Source of the DNA: Acidimicrobiia bacterium
Lineage (GTDB): Bacteria > Actinomycetota > Acidimicrobiia > Spongiisociales > Spongiisociaceae
Reading direction: 5' to 3'
Length of the DNA stretch: 64,000 nt
NCBI GenBank assembly: GCA_041576165.1
Contig: JBFGLM010000001.1
Coordinates: 151,176-215,175, forward strand
Part shown: positions 9,724 to 19,189 of the stretch, in pieces
Position numbering within the stretch: the first letter of the stretch is position 1
How the letters are laid out: each line of letters begins with the position of its first letter
Program-made: the position numbers and the translations under genes
The notes under the pieces: generated by a model
The model's input: only the letters and a program-made list of their open reading frames with translations
The model's database searches: none
Told to the model about the DNA's origin: nothing

Positions 9724-11061
9724 TCAGGCTCCGAATCCGAAATCTCCCAGGCGGACGTCGCAGTTCTGCACAAGCGGCCTCCCTACGAGGTCACGCGCGG
9801 TGTCGATCAGCCGCAGCTCGTTCCCCACGATCGCCAGCAGATGCTGTCCGTCGCCTACGCCGAGGATGCGCGGCGGCGCCCCGTCGTTGGCACCCTGCGC
9901 GACGCCCACTTGCGAGGCGGTGCCGTCGGCCAAGGAGAACGTTGCGACTTGGAATCCGCCCTCGGCGGCGGCGGCGTAGAGAACCCGGCTGTCGTCGAAG
10001 AAGCCGGCGAGTACCACATTGTCGGGAATGAACCGCCGGTCCCGCTCGCCCCAGCCGCTCAGTTCTGACCCTTCGGTGTCCAGGAGAACGTGATACCGCT
10101 GTGCCGTCGTCTCGGTGTCCTGCGGGATCTCAGCGAGGGTGACGACGGCGAACTCGCCCGCGGGCGACCGGTAACCGACCTCCGCCAGCACCGGCAGCTC
10201 ATTCGGGGAAGTGCCGGGTGCCCACTCCCATACCACCTGTCGGGTGGCGACATCCACCGCGACTACTGCGATGTTCGTGACCGTGGTCAGGTTTTGGTCG
10301 GCCGAGACGACCGAGCTCATGAGGATCAGTCCGCCGATGGAGGCGAGGGGGCGTAGGAATCTCCAGTCGCTCGCTCGGATCTCGGTCACCTCGCCGGTTC
10401 CCAATGCGCGGATCGTGGGTGCGGATGCCGGCTCGTGCAGCATGTAGACCTCGTTGCCCATTGCGACGGTGGCGAAATCGGCGTCGACGTCGGCTGCGAA
10501 CAGCTGCCACTCCGTACCAAGCGGGTCGAGTAGATAGAGGTCTTCCTCGACGAACACATGACGCTGGGGGCCCGCAGCCTGCTCGACCAGAGGCAGCTGC
10601 GGCGGCTCGTACACGGAGTAGTCCGACGCCGGAACAATGCCCATGAGGCCCCGGTCGGGATCGTTGTCTGCGGCCTGCAACATCAGGTCTATCGACACCA
10701 GCTCGCCCCGGCGGTCCACCGTCACATCGACTGTGTCGCCCGGTGGCCGACCGGACATCACCGACAGAAGCGCCTCGGTCGAAGCCGTCCGCACGCCCTC
10801 CACCTCGACGATGAGGTCGCCGATTCGCAGGACGTCCTCGGCCGGGAAGCCATCGAGGACTTCAATGATCAGCGCGCCTTCCCCGGATGCGATCGTGCAT
10901 GTTCCATCATTGGGGAACAGCGCGTTGGGGTCGGGAGCGAACACCTGGGTGGGCTGGTAGTCCGGCAGCTCCGGCAGCGGCGCCCGGTCGGGAACCGCCT
11001 GCCCCGTACAGGCGGCAAGGGCGAACGCCAGCACCGCGATCCGCATCACCCAACCCTTCAT
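9724..11061 (-). CDS. PDZ-domain lipoprotein with beta-rich C-terminal region
   Basis: Lipobox LAAC; PDZ signature GALIIEV..PA..LRIGDLIVEVEG. Confidence 0.8.
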   Translation of the reverse strand: MKGWVMRIAVLAFALAACTGQAVPDRAPLPELPDYQPTQVFAPDPNALFPNDGTCTIASGEGALIIEVLDGFPAEDVLRIGDLIVEVEGVRTASTEALLSVMSGRPPGDTVDVTVDRRGELVSIDLMLQAADNDPDRGLMGIVPASDYSVYEPPQLPLVEQAAGPQRHVFVEEDLYLLDPLGTEWQLFAADVDADFATVAMGNEVYMLHEPASAPTIRALGTGEVTEIRASDWRFLRPLASIGGLILMSSVVSADQNLTTVTNIAVVAVDVATRQVVWEWAPGTSPNELPVLAEVGYRSPAGEFAVVTLAEIPQDTETTAQRYHVLLDTEGSELSGWGERDRRFIPDNVVLAGFFDDSRVLYAAAAEGGFQVATFSLADGTASQVGVAQGANDGAPPRILGVGDGQHLLAIVGNELRLIDTARDLVGRPLVQNCDVRLGDFGFGA

Positions 11062-11113
11062 GACCGACAGAGTATCGCCGGCCGCCGGCTGTGGAAGCGG
11101 CGAGTTTCCGGGA

Positions 11114-11596
11114 TCAGTGGATCGGGGCGGGCGCTACCAGGATTCCGTCGGCGTCCGCGTACAGCCATTCACCGGGGCGAAACGTCACGCCGGCGAACTG
11201 CGCCTCGACGTCGTCCTCTCCCCAGCCATTCTTGCGTGACCTGTTGGGCATTGCCGCCAGGGCTCGGATCCCGATTTCCAGGGTGTCGAGGACTGCGCTG
11301 TCGCGCACGCAACCGTAGATCACAATCCCGCTCCAGCCGTTCTCGATTCCCAGCCCGGCGAGCACGACGCCCACCAGTGCGCATCGCAGTGATCCGCCCC
11401 CGTCGACGACCAGCACACGCCCCTCCCCCGGAGTTTCCAGGCGGGCGCGTACCTTGACGTTGTCCTCATGCGCCCTCACGGTGGCGATCGGCCCGGCGAA
11501 GCGGTCCGGCGCGCCGAACGGCATGAACAGAGGTTCGGCGATCTGCACCAAACCCTCGTGACGGTCGGAAAGATCGGTGGTTGTGAATTCGATCAT
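11114..11596 (-). CDS. rraA: RraA / HMG aldolase family protein
   Basis: TTDLSD, EDN, GRVLVVDGGGSLRCAL, GCVRD and ADADG motifs. Confidence 0.93.
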   Translation of the reverse strand: MIEFTTTDLSDRHEGLVQIAEPLFMPFGAPDRFAGPIATVRAHEDNVKVRARLETPGEGRVLVVDGGGSLRCALVGVVLAGLGIENGWSGIVIYGCVRDSAVLDTLEIGIRALAAMPNRSRKNGWGEDDVEAQFAGVTFRPGEWLYADADGILVAPAPIH

Positions 11597-11633
11597 GGCA
11601 TCGGAGGGTACCGGCTCAGATCTGGCAAAAGCC

Positions 11634-11673
11634 AAAAAAAGAAGAGGGGCGGCCATGGCAGCCGCCCCTCTTC
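11634..11673 (-). terminator. Rho-independent terminator of the LVIVD gene
   Basis: 13-bp stem gaagaggggcggc/gccgcccctcttc followed by T7 on the minus strand. Confidence 0.9.
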
Positions 11674-11687
11674 ATCAAGGCCGATCG

Positions 11688-13760
11688 TCAGTCGTCGTCT
11701 CCTGCGTCCTCGTCGTCCTCGTCGTCCTCGTCGTCGTCGTCGTCCTCGTCGTCGTCGGCGTCCTCGTCGTCCTCGAGATCATCGGTTTCATCCTCGAAGA
11801 TATAGAGGCCGCCATTGCGGTCGGACGCGTAGATCTCGTCCTCGCCAGGCTCCTTGTAGACCCCCCAGAAGTCGTTGGGGAACCCGCCATTGGTCGACGC
11901 GTCGAGGAATCGGGCGATCTCGACCGGGTTGTAGGGATCGGTGATGTCAAGCACCACCATCCCGTCCCAGTACCACGAAATGTAGACCTTTTCGTCCTCC
12001 ACGATCACGTTGTGGACGGAATAGGTGCCCACGGGATCACATGCTCCGGACGGGGCCGTAGTCGCGCTGCATTCCGTGTAGAACGTCGATGCCAGCGCCG
12101 GATTGGCCGGATCCGAGTAGTCCCAGATGCGCACACCGCCCCACGGCGTGCTGGTGCTGACGTTGTTGGCGATGATGACTGCCGACGCGCCCAACGAGGC
12201 CGCAGTGGCCGCTTTGTCCTCGAAGAAGCACGCACCCCTTCGCACAACCGCGATGTCGCCCGGATCGAACTCCCCTGCATTCAATATTGGGTCCGACACG
12301 GGTGGACCGCATGCCTGTCCAATCCATACGAGCTCGCCCGTCACCGGGCCGGTGTCCGCAAAGGTCGGGGAACCTGCAGCCGTGCTGAGCTCAGCTGCAA
12401 AGTAGGTGTTGCCGGCCAGCGGCCCTGACGCCACCGTCACGGTTGACCCGTCGGTCGAGCCGACATTGCCGGTCTGGTTTGCCTCGAAGTCGTCGCCAGC
12501 AACGGTGGCGATCGCTGTGCCCGGGATGGTCGGGTCACCGGGCAAATCGGAGTCCATAGTCAGGTTCCCCGGCGGCGCGAAGGCCTCCCATGCATCGAAG
12601 TCTTCTTCTGTCTCGACGACTACCGTTCCGTCTTCGCTGGGCCAGGCGGCATGGCTGTTGAGCTCCTCATCTAGAGAGCCGTTCGCTAGATCGACGGCCT
12701 GCGAGACGAACTCGGGATTGGTCGGATCGCTGATGTCCAAGAGCACCAGTCCCGCGTCCCAGTTGCTCAGGTAGGACTTGGTCCCATCCTCTGAGACTGT
12801 GATGTCGTGGAGGAACCGGTTGCTGGAGCTGCCGGGGCCGTCCAGGAGCCATAACGCGGCAGCCAGCACCCTGTCGACCTGGGCAGGATCGGCCAGATCG
12901 GTCAGGTCGCCGACACCCGGGTCGAAGAGCTCTTCAGCACCCCAGGCCGAGGCCAGCACCGGATTGGTCGGATCGGTGATGTCGAAGATCATGTGATTGT
13001 CGAAAGCCGTCTCGGCCACGACCGCCACATAATCCCGTTCGGCGGCGGCGTCATCTCCGTGCTCGTCGCCGTCCTCGTCATCATCGGCACCCTCGTCGTC
13101 ATCCGAGTCGCCTTCGGCCTCATCGTCGTCTTGGGTGAACAGGAACAGGTTGTGGACTCCCACGTCGGCGATGCCCCCAAATAGGAAGTCCGAGATCGGG
13201 TTGAGTTCGTCGATTCGTACCGAGGCGAGGTGCACCGGATTCTCCGGATCATCAACGTTGTAGATCTCGAAGCCCCCCGGGCCACCGCCGCATGATTCAT
13301 TCGAGTGAACGAGGACGTCGCCCGAGTTCATCTCCGCGACCTTGACATCGTTAGAGCGGCTGCCAACAGGGGAAGGGATCACCCCCACGTTGACCGGCTC
13401 ATCGAGGTCGTCTACATCCCAAACCCAGATACCTGCGCCTGGTTCGCCGCCACAAGGGCTGTTGAAGGTGCCAGTGTACGCATAGTCATCGTGAGCCCAC
13501 ACGTCCGTGGTGGCGTCTTGTGCAATCCTCTCCCCTCTTCCTTCGAGCTGCAATCCATCACTGCTTGATCCGCTGCTGATCACCATGCCGGCTGCAGCGA
13601 ACTGGACCGTGGCAGTAGGCGCCTGGGCTTCGTCCCCGTCGAGCGGTTGCTCATTACGTTCGAGGAAGCCGTCGGGATCCGCATTGGCCACGGGGGCCAG
13701 TAGCGAGATAGACAGGAAGATGCTGAGTATCACGACCCAGCGGGTTGTTCTCGAAGACAC
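11688..13760 (-). CDS. Secreted LVIVD-repeat protein with inserted PA domain and Asp/Glu-rich tracts
   Basis: Signal peptide; repeats such as GLVLLDISDPTNP and GMVVLDITDPYNP; PA motif IAVVRRGACFFEDKA; SD AAGGAG before GTG. Confidence 0.88.
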   Translation of the reverse strand: MSSRTTRWVVILSIFLSISLLAPVANADPDGFLERNEQPLDGDEAQAPTATVQFAAAGMVISSGSSSDGLQLEGRGERIAQDATTDVWAHDDYAYTGTFNSPCGGEPGAGIWVWDVDDLDEPVNVGVIPSPVGSRSNDVKVAEMNSGDVLVHSNESCGGGPGGFEIYNVDDPENPVHLASVRIDELNPISDFLFGGIADVGVHNLFLFTQDDDEAEGDSDDDEGADDDEDGDEHGDDAAAERDYVAVVAETAFDNHMIFDITDPTNPVLASAWGAEELFDPGVGDLTDLADPAQVDRVLAAALWLLDGPGSSSNRFLHDITVSEDGTKSYLSNWDAGLVLLDISDPTNPEFVSQAVDLANGSLDEELNSHAAWPSEDGTVVVETEEDFDAWEAFAPPGNLTMDSDLPGDPTIPGTAIATVAGDDFEANQTGNVGSTDGSTVTVASGPLAGNTYFAAELSTAAGSPTFADTGPVTGELVWIGQACGPPVSDPILNAGEFDPGDIAVVRRGACFFEDKAATAASLGASAVIIANNVSTSTPWGGVRIWDYSDPANPALASTFYTECSATTAPSGACDPVGTYSVHNVIVEDEKVYISWYWDGMVVLDITDPYNPVEIARFLDASTNGGFPNDFWGVYKEPGEDEIYASDRNGGLYIFEDETDDLEDDEDADDDEDDDDDEDDEDDEDAGDDD

Positions 13761-13991
13761 GCAGTCTCCTTTCCACTCCCCAATACGAGAGACAGCTGTC
13801 GGTGTTCGAGGCACGGCTCGCGGCTCTACGGCTCGCGGGCAGAAGCCCTTCTCTCGAAACGCCTCACCCCCTCCGGGCTCCATCCAATCGGCTTCTGTGG
13901 CCTCCCAAGAAGATCGACCCTACCGACGTAGGCCCAAGCGTGGGACACGAGTTGGGGAACCGATCGAGCATTCCGGCCGGACGGAAGAAAG

Positions 13992-14210
13992 TCAGCTGCG
14001 AAAGAACCGTCCGACCAGGTTCAGGATCACACTCAGCGCAACGCTCGCGATCAGCATCGAGGTGATGGGGATGTAGACCGACGACCGCTCGCCCTCGAAC
14101 CGGAGGTCGCCGGGCAAGTTGCCGAACCACGACAGCAAACCAAATCTGGCCAACAGCCCCAGCACGATTGCGATGGCGCCGCCAACGATGAGATAGTCAC
14201 CCCCGCGCAT
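13992..14210 (-). CDS. DUF2905 family small membrane protein
   Basis: GNLPGDLRFE..VYIPITSML..S..LS motif. Confidence 0.88.
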   Translation of the reverse strand: MRGGDYLIVGGAIAIVLGLLARFGLLSWFGNLPGDLRFEGERSSVYIPITSMLIASVALSVILNLVGRFFRS

Positions 14211-14249
14211 TCACGGAGGGTACCGCCGGGCCGACCCACCAGACCCGGT

Positions 14250-15236
14250 TCACATCAACCCGAGCTCCCGCACCGCCTCCCGCTCCGCCACTAGCTCGGC
14301 CGCCGACGCATCGATCTTGGCTCGCGAATAGTCGTCGATGTCGAGTCCGCCGACGATCTCGTACGCACCCCCACCTGCGGTGCAGGGGAACGACGACATG
14401 AGTCCTTCGGGGATCCCGTAGGAACCATCGGAGCGCACCGACATGCTCACCCAATCATCTGGGGGTGTGCCCAGCACCCAGCCTCGCATGTGGTCGATCG
14501 CGGCGTTGGCCGCAGACGCCGCCGAGCTGGCCCCTCGAGCCCGGATGATGGCACCTCCCCGCCCGGCCACCGTGGGAATGAACTCCTCGTCAACCCACTG
14601 ATGGTCGTTCACCACCTCGTAGGCGTTGTCGCCCTTCACCTCACAGTGGAACAGGTCGGGATACATGGTGTTGGAGTGATTCCCCCAGATGGTCATTCTC
14701 TTGATGTCGCCAACCGGTGCGTCCACCTTGTTGGCGAGCTGGGAGATTGCGCGGTTGTGGTCGAGCCGGGTCATGGCGTTGAACTGGGTCGGGTCCAGGT
14801 CCGGAGCGTTGTTCATCGCAATCAGCGCATTGGTGTTGGCAGGGTTGCCGACGACCAGGACCCGCACATCCCGCGCCGCGGCGTCGCTCAGGGCCTTGCC
14901 TTGGGCGGTGAAGATGGCACCGTTGGCGCTCAAGAGGTCCGCCCGGTCCATGTCGGCGGTACGAGGCCGGGCGCCGACCAGCAGTGCATAATCGGCATCA
15001 CCGAAACCGGTCTCGGCGTCGTCGGTCCGCACCATTCCGGCGAGGAGCGGGAAGGCGCAGTCTTCGAGTTCCATCGCGACGCCTGCGAGCGCATCCATCG
15101 CAGGCGGAATCTCGATCATCTGGAGGATCACCGGCTGATCGGGCCCAAGCAACTGGCCCGAGGCGATCCGGAACAACAAGGCGTAGCCGATCTGGCCGGC
15201 AGCGCCGGTAACGGCGATACGTTTGGGTGAAGTCAT
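14250..15236 (-). CDS. mdh: Malate dehydrogenase
   Basis: [27 protein letters not shown] and IWGNHS motifs. Confidence 0.98.
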   Translation of the reverse strand: MTSPKRIAVTGAAGQIGYALLFRIASGQLLGPDQPVILQMIEIPPAMDALAGVAMELEDCAFPLLAGMVRTDDAETGFGDADYALLVGARPRTADMDRADLLSANGAIFTAQGKALSDAAARDVRVLVVGNPANTNALIAMNNAPDLDPTQFNAMTRLDHNRAISQLANKVDAPVGDIKRMTIWGNHSNTMYPDLFHCEVKGDNAYEVVNDHQWVDEEFIPTVAGRGGAIIRARGASSAASAANAAIDHMRGWVLGTPPDDWVSMSVRSDGSYGIPEGLMSSFPCTAGGGAYEIVGGLDIDDYSRAKIDASAAELVAEREAVRELGLM

Positions 15237-15262
15237 ACCAGCAGGCTAGTTCGGGCGACTGA

Positions 15263-16132
15263 TCAACCCCGGCCCCGGCTGACTCGGCGGGACGGCCGGC
15301 GCCGCATCGCTTCGGTGAGGGACAGCTCGGTCTTGCCCTCGAGCTTGCGGTACGCCCATTGCGCGGGTCCGATCAGCCGGTACCGCCGCGGCAGGAAGGG
15401 CCGGATGCGTTTGAGCAAGGCGAGATTCAGTTCCAGCCACCGCCGGCGCCCCCGACTCCACTTCACGTCGTACAGCTCCTGCAGCTCGCCGGGCAGGGTG
15501 CCGAACGCGGCGAAGGAGATGAAGCCCCACATCCATTTGACGCCGCGCGGCACCGGACCCGAGCGGATTATGTCAGCGACGTCGTCCGACACGTCGGTCC
15601 GGAGGAGGCGCCCGGAAGCGACCACGCGCTCGACGTAGGCCTCCAGCTCCTCGATCGTTGGCGGGACCTCGTCACGCGGCAGCCAGAGCAGCTCGGCAGA
15701 GAGCATGTTCTCCTCGTGGTACCGCTGCCGTTCATCCCGAGTCAGGCGCCGCACCGTTCGCTCGAAGAACCAGAGGGATGACACCTCGAGCGCGGCGTGC
15801 ACCCACAGGAGCAGCTCGTGATCGAGTGCATCGTACGGCTCCCCGGTCACCTCATCGATCCCGTTCACCTTCAAGTGCAGCTTGTTGATGCGATCGGCGG
15901 CCTCGTCGGCCTCCCTCACAGTTCCAAACGTCACAGTGTTCTGCAACACGAGGGTCCGGATGAGCCGGGCCCACGGGTCGCGGGTGTACATGGCGGTCTG
16001 GCGCGCTCCGGCTGCCACCAGAGGATGGGCTGCGTGCATCAGCAGGGCCCGCGCCCCGCCGAAGAGTACCGTCAGCTCCCGGTTGACCTCCCACGTGATG
16101 GAGGCCGGGCCGAAATAGCCGTGGTCGTCCAT
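15263..16132 (-). CDS. Oxygenase MpaB / DUF2236 family protein
   Basis: YFGPASITW, GARALLMHAAHP and LLLWVHA motifs. Confidence 0.9.
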   Translation of the reverse strand: MDDHGYFGPASITWEVNRELTVLFGGARALLMHAAHPLVAAGARQTAMYTRDPWARLIRTLVLQNTVTFGTVREADEAADRINKLHLKVNGIDEVTGEPYDALDHELLLWVHAALEVSSLWFFERTVRRLTRDERQRYHEENMLSAELLWLPRDEVPPTIEELEAYVERVVASGRLLRTDVSDDVADIIRSGPVPRGVKWMWGFISFAAFGTLPGELQELYDVKWSRGRRRWLELNLALLKRIRPFLPRRYRLIGPAQWAYRKLEGKTELSLTEAMRRRPSRRVSRGRG

Positions 16133-16205
16133 GAGGCCCAGTATCGAATGGAATCGCCGCAAGTGGGAAGAGGCCTCGCGTTTTCCCTCCCCGGACTGTG
16201 GCTCT

Positions 16206-16239
16206 CGCGGTTTCCTCCCCTAGCGGGGAGGAAAGCGCG
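16206..16239. terminator. Strong hairpin (terminator or REP-like)
   Basis: tttcctcccc tagc ggggaggaaa with an outer cgcg pair. Confidence 0.65.
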
Positions 16240-16265
16240 TGACGCGGGGAACGCGGCATCGCCGG

Positions 16266-16994
16266 TCAACTCCCGACTGTCCAGTCGAACCACCACTCCC
16301 TCGGTCCGGAGGTCAGGCCGTGGCCAACCCCGTCAGTGCAGTGGGAGACGATGCGCAGGGTATAGGGGCCCTGCGGGCCGGCGATCGCGACCGGATAGAT
16401 GGCCGGATCGTCGGCGGGCAGCTGTGGATCGTCTGGATCCCAGTTTGGGAATCGCTGCCACGGGTACGCGCCGCCCACTATCGGGAAATCAACCACCGTG
16501 CGGAAGGTGGCCCGCCCGCGCTTGTCGGTGAAGAATCCGTTCGGCTGTTCTGCATTCCCGTTGCCCGCGCCGGTCGACGCGAGCAGGTCGGGCAGCGTGT
16601 GAGTGGCCGCCAGCGGGGTGGCCTGCCCGCCAGTGACCGGATTCCCCCCAAATGGATTGCCGTTGGAGTCGGTGCCACCGAGGCGCAGCCAGACCGTGTA
16701 GTACGTGTCGGGGCGGGCGTCTCTCATCTTGATCACAATCCGGCTGTAGCCGTCGAACTGGTTGATCTTGAGCGTCGCCGAGGCGCCCGGCCACCCCTCC
16801 GGATCCACGGGTCCAGGCGCCTGGCAATCCGCCAGAACACTGTGGCCGCTGGGCGACAACTCGTCGGGACCTCGACGCTCGAACGTATCCGAGATGGTTG
16901 GGCCTCCGGCGGCGTTGACCGGCATGGCCAGCCCCGCCCATAGAGCGGCAATTGCGACCAGCACCGTGGCGCGGCGTTTGAAGAACGAGCTCAT
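16266..16994 (-). CDS. Secreted hypothetical protein
   Basis: Signal peptide ending PVNA; SD GGAGGGG; family not recognised. Confidence 0.8.
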   Translation of the reverse strand: MSSFFKRRATVLVAIAALWAGLAMPVNAAGGPTISDTFERRGPDELSPSGHSVLADCQAPGPVDPEGWPGASATLKINQFDGYSRIVIKMRDARPDTYYTVWLRLGGTDSNGNPFGGNPVTGGQATPLAATHTLPDLLASTGAGNGNAEQPNGFFTDKRGRATFRTVVDFPIVGGAYPWQRFPNWDPDDPQLPADDPAIYPVAIAGPQGPYTLRIVSHCTDGVGHGLTSGPREWWFDWTVGS

Positions 16995-17181
16995 GGGATC
17001 CCCCTCCCGTTGCGATGCTCATCCCACGGATGACTCCTGGAAGCCTATGGAAAGGATGGTTGGTTGGGTGTCGAAATCCAGCCTGCCCCGGCCTGGCACA
17101 GAGAAACGGCCGGCCGCCGGCTGGGCTCGCTCCGAGGGTGCGCGCACGCGCCCCGAGGCGCACCGGGTACGCTCCAACCTC

Positions 17182-17682
17182 ATGACCGACATGTATGACC
17201 GCATCCTCCGACTCAGGGCCATTCGGAACTACGCCGACCAACAGATCTCTGATGAAGACCTCGAACGCATCCTGCAAGCCGCCCGCTGGACGGGAAGTTC
17301 GAAGAACCGTCAGAGCTGGTCGTGGGTCGTCATCCAGGATCCCGAACAAAGAAGACAGCTGGCGGAGGCAGGGGACTTCACCGACCCGGTGCGCAATGCC
17401 CCGACCGTCATTGCCCTGATCCAAGAGCCGGATGGATACGAGATGGACACCGGCCGGCTCGCCCAGAACATCATGCTGGCCGCAGATGCAGTTGGCGTTG
17501 CGTCCTGTCCCATCACCCTTCACCGCGAGGATGTGGCAGCCAAGGTGCTCGGCCTGCCGGTCGGGAGCCGGTGCCGCTATGCGGTGGCCCTGGGATACCC
17601 GGGAAAGGCAGCGGGCCCAGCCAAGATGGGCGGGCGCAAGCCACTGGTCGAGTTGACCCACCGCGAGACCTACGGCGGCTGA
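17182..17682 (+). CDS. Nitroreductase family protein
   Basis: RAIRNY, AARWTGSSKNRQSW, GRLAQNIMLAA and ALGYP motifs. Confidence 0.93.
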   Translation: MTDMYDRILRLRAIRNYADQQISDEDLERILQAARWTGSSKNRQSWSWVVIQDPEQRRQLAEAGDFTDPVRNAPTVIALIQEPDGYEMDTGRLAQNIMLAADAVGVASCPITLHREDVAAKVLGLPVGSRCRYAVALGYPGKAAGPAKMGGRKPLVELTHRETYGG

Positions 17683-17779
17683 CAGGGCGATCCGTCGGCC
17701 AGCGGAGCAACAGGCCCGGTTATGCGGCCGCCCGGACGCTCACGGGTTGCGGCGGGAATAGGCTGGCGTTGCAAGAGGA

Positions 17780-18291
17780 ATGGACGTACAACAGCTCACG
17801 AGTTTTCGCCGGCAAAAGGATGAGTTCTTTGGTGCCGGCGACCGCTCCCCGATCCCACTCCAGGACCGGGCGCAGTGGGAAGGTTTGAGCTACTACGAAC
17901 CGAAGGGAGACCTCGCGTTCACTCTGGAAGTCCAGCCGGGCGACAACAGCGAGATCACGGTTCAGACCTCCGACGGGCACACGCAGGTATCGTAGGCTCG
18001 GCATCGTCAGCTTCGAGGTGGGCGGCGCACAAGCCCAACTCACACTGTTCCGCACCGGTCATGATCATCAGATCTTTGTTCCGTTTCGCGACGCTACCCG
18101 CGGCAAAGAGACGTACGGCGCCGGCCGCTATCTGGACCTAGGAGCCAAACGGCGACGGGACGGTCACCATCGATTTCAACTACGCCTACCCGTACTGCGC
18201 GTACAACGAGGCCTACTCGTATCCGCTTCCTCCGCATGAGAACTGGCTTCGAGTCCCAATCCCGGCAGGCGAGCTCGGCTACAACCCATGA
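17780..18291 (+). pseudogene. DUF1684 family gene disrupted by two frameshifts
   Basis: FRRQKDEFF..SP, PFRDAT.GKETYGAGRYLD and DFNYAY.PYCAYN..PLPP.EN motifs are split by frame changes near 17988 and 18141. Confidence 0.85.
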
Positions 18292-18355
18292 TTGCTTCAG
18301 CCGAACTACGCAAGATGTGGCCGCTAACGTTCGTGCTGCACGAGGAGAACCAACC

Positions 18356-18772
18356 ATGAGCGCAGATTCCACAGCCATCCTGCGACAGTCACCGTTGCTC
18401 GCAAAGCTCACGGACGAGGAACTCGCCTCCTTGCTGGCTTTGACCAACGAACGCTTCTTCGACGACGGCGAACTCCTCACCAGGGCCGGCAGCAACGCCT
18501 CCCTGGGTATGTGGATCATCATCGAGGGCACTGTAAATGTGAGTCGCGACGGCAACTTGCTCACCACGCTCGGTCCGGGTGATCACGTTGGGGAGATGGC
18601 CATCATGTCCAACATGCCGCGCTCGGCCGACGTGATCGCGGTTGGCCCGGTGCGTACTCTGCAGCTGGCACGCTGGGACCTACGCGGGCTGGTCGCCGAC
18701 CATCCTGATATCGCTCTGTCCATCATGGACGCCATGGCCGCCCGGCTGGCGGCTCAGAACACTGCGTCGTAG
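18356..18772 (+). CDS. Stand-alone cyclic nucleotide-binding domain protein
   Basis: LGPGDHVGEMA..PRSADV phosphate-binding cassette; SD GAGGAG. Confidence 0.9.
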   Translation: MSADSTAILRQSPLLAKLTDEELASLLALTNERFFDDGELLTRAGSNASLGMWIIIEGTVNVSRDGNLLTTLGPGDHVGEMAIMSNMPRSADVIAVGPVRTLQLARWDLRGLVADHPDIALSIMDAMAARLAAQNTAS

Positions 18773-18778
18773 CGCCCT

Positions 18779-19189
18779 TCAGACGGTGCCGTATACGTGC
18801 TCCGGCATGAAGCCGATCACTGCCCGCCGGTCATCCAACATGGCCCGGTGAAACTCGTCCCAGTCGGGGTGTTCCCCGGCTACACCCCGGTAGACATCCT
18901 CCAGTTCCATGCTGGTTGTGTCCCGTAGCGACGCCACCGGCGCGCTGACGGTCGCCACACCTTCCGCCACGACATACCGCCCGAACGATCCGTCGGTCAC
19001 GTGTAGTGACACCCTCGGATCGCGACGGGCGTTACGAGTTTTCGCCCGCCCATCGGTCACCGAGATCCGGACTGAGCGGCCGTCGAAGAAGTATGCAATG
19101 TTCGACAACTGTGGACGGCCGTTGCGTCTCAGGGTCACAAACACACCTCGCCGCTCCGATCTCAAGAAGTCGTCCTGTTCAGGCGTCAT
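18779..19189 (-). CDS. PPOX-class F420-dependent oxidoreductase
   Basis: TLRRNGRPQLS and RAKTRNARRDPRVSL motifs. Confidence 0.92.
   Translation of the reverse strand: MTPEQDDFLRSERRGVFVTLRRNGRPQLSNIAYFFDGRSVRISVTDGRAKTRNARRDPRVSLHVTDGSFGRYVVAEGVATVSAPVASLRDTTSMELEDVYRGVAGEHPDWDEFHRAMLDDRRAVIGFMPEHVYGTV

Noticed and set aside
11688-11775. GTC/CTC trinucleotide array as CRISPR or a non-coding microsatellite
   Set aside because: It encodes the in-frame Asp/Glu tail; there is no repeat-spacer structure and no cas genes
17993-17995. TAG in the DUF1684 gene as pyrrolysine or readthrough
   Set aside because: Homology resumes in a different frame, so it is a frameshift and not an in-frame stop
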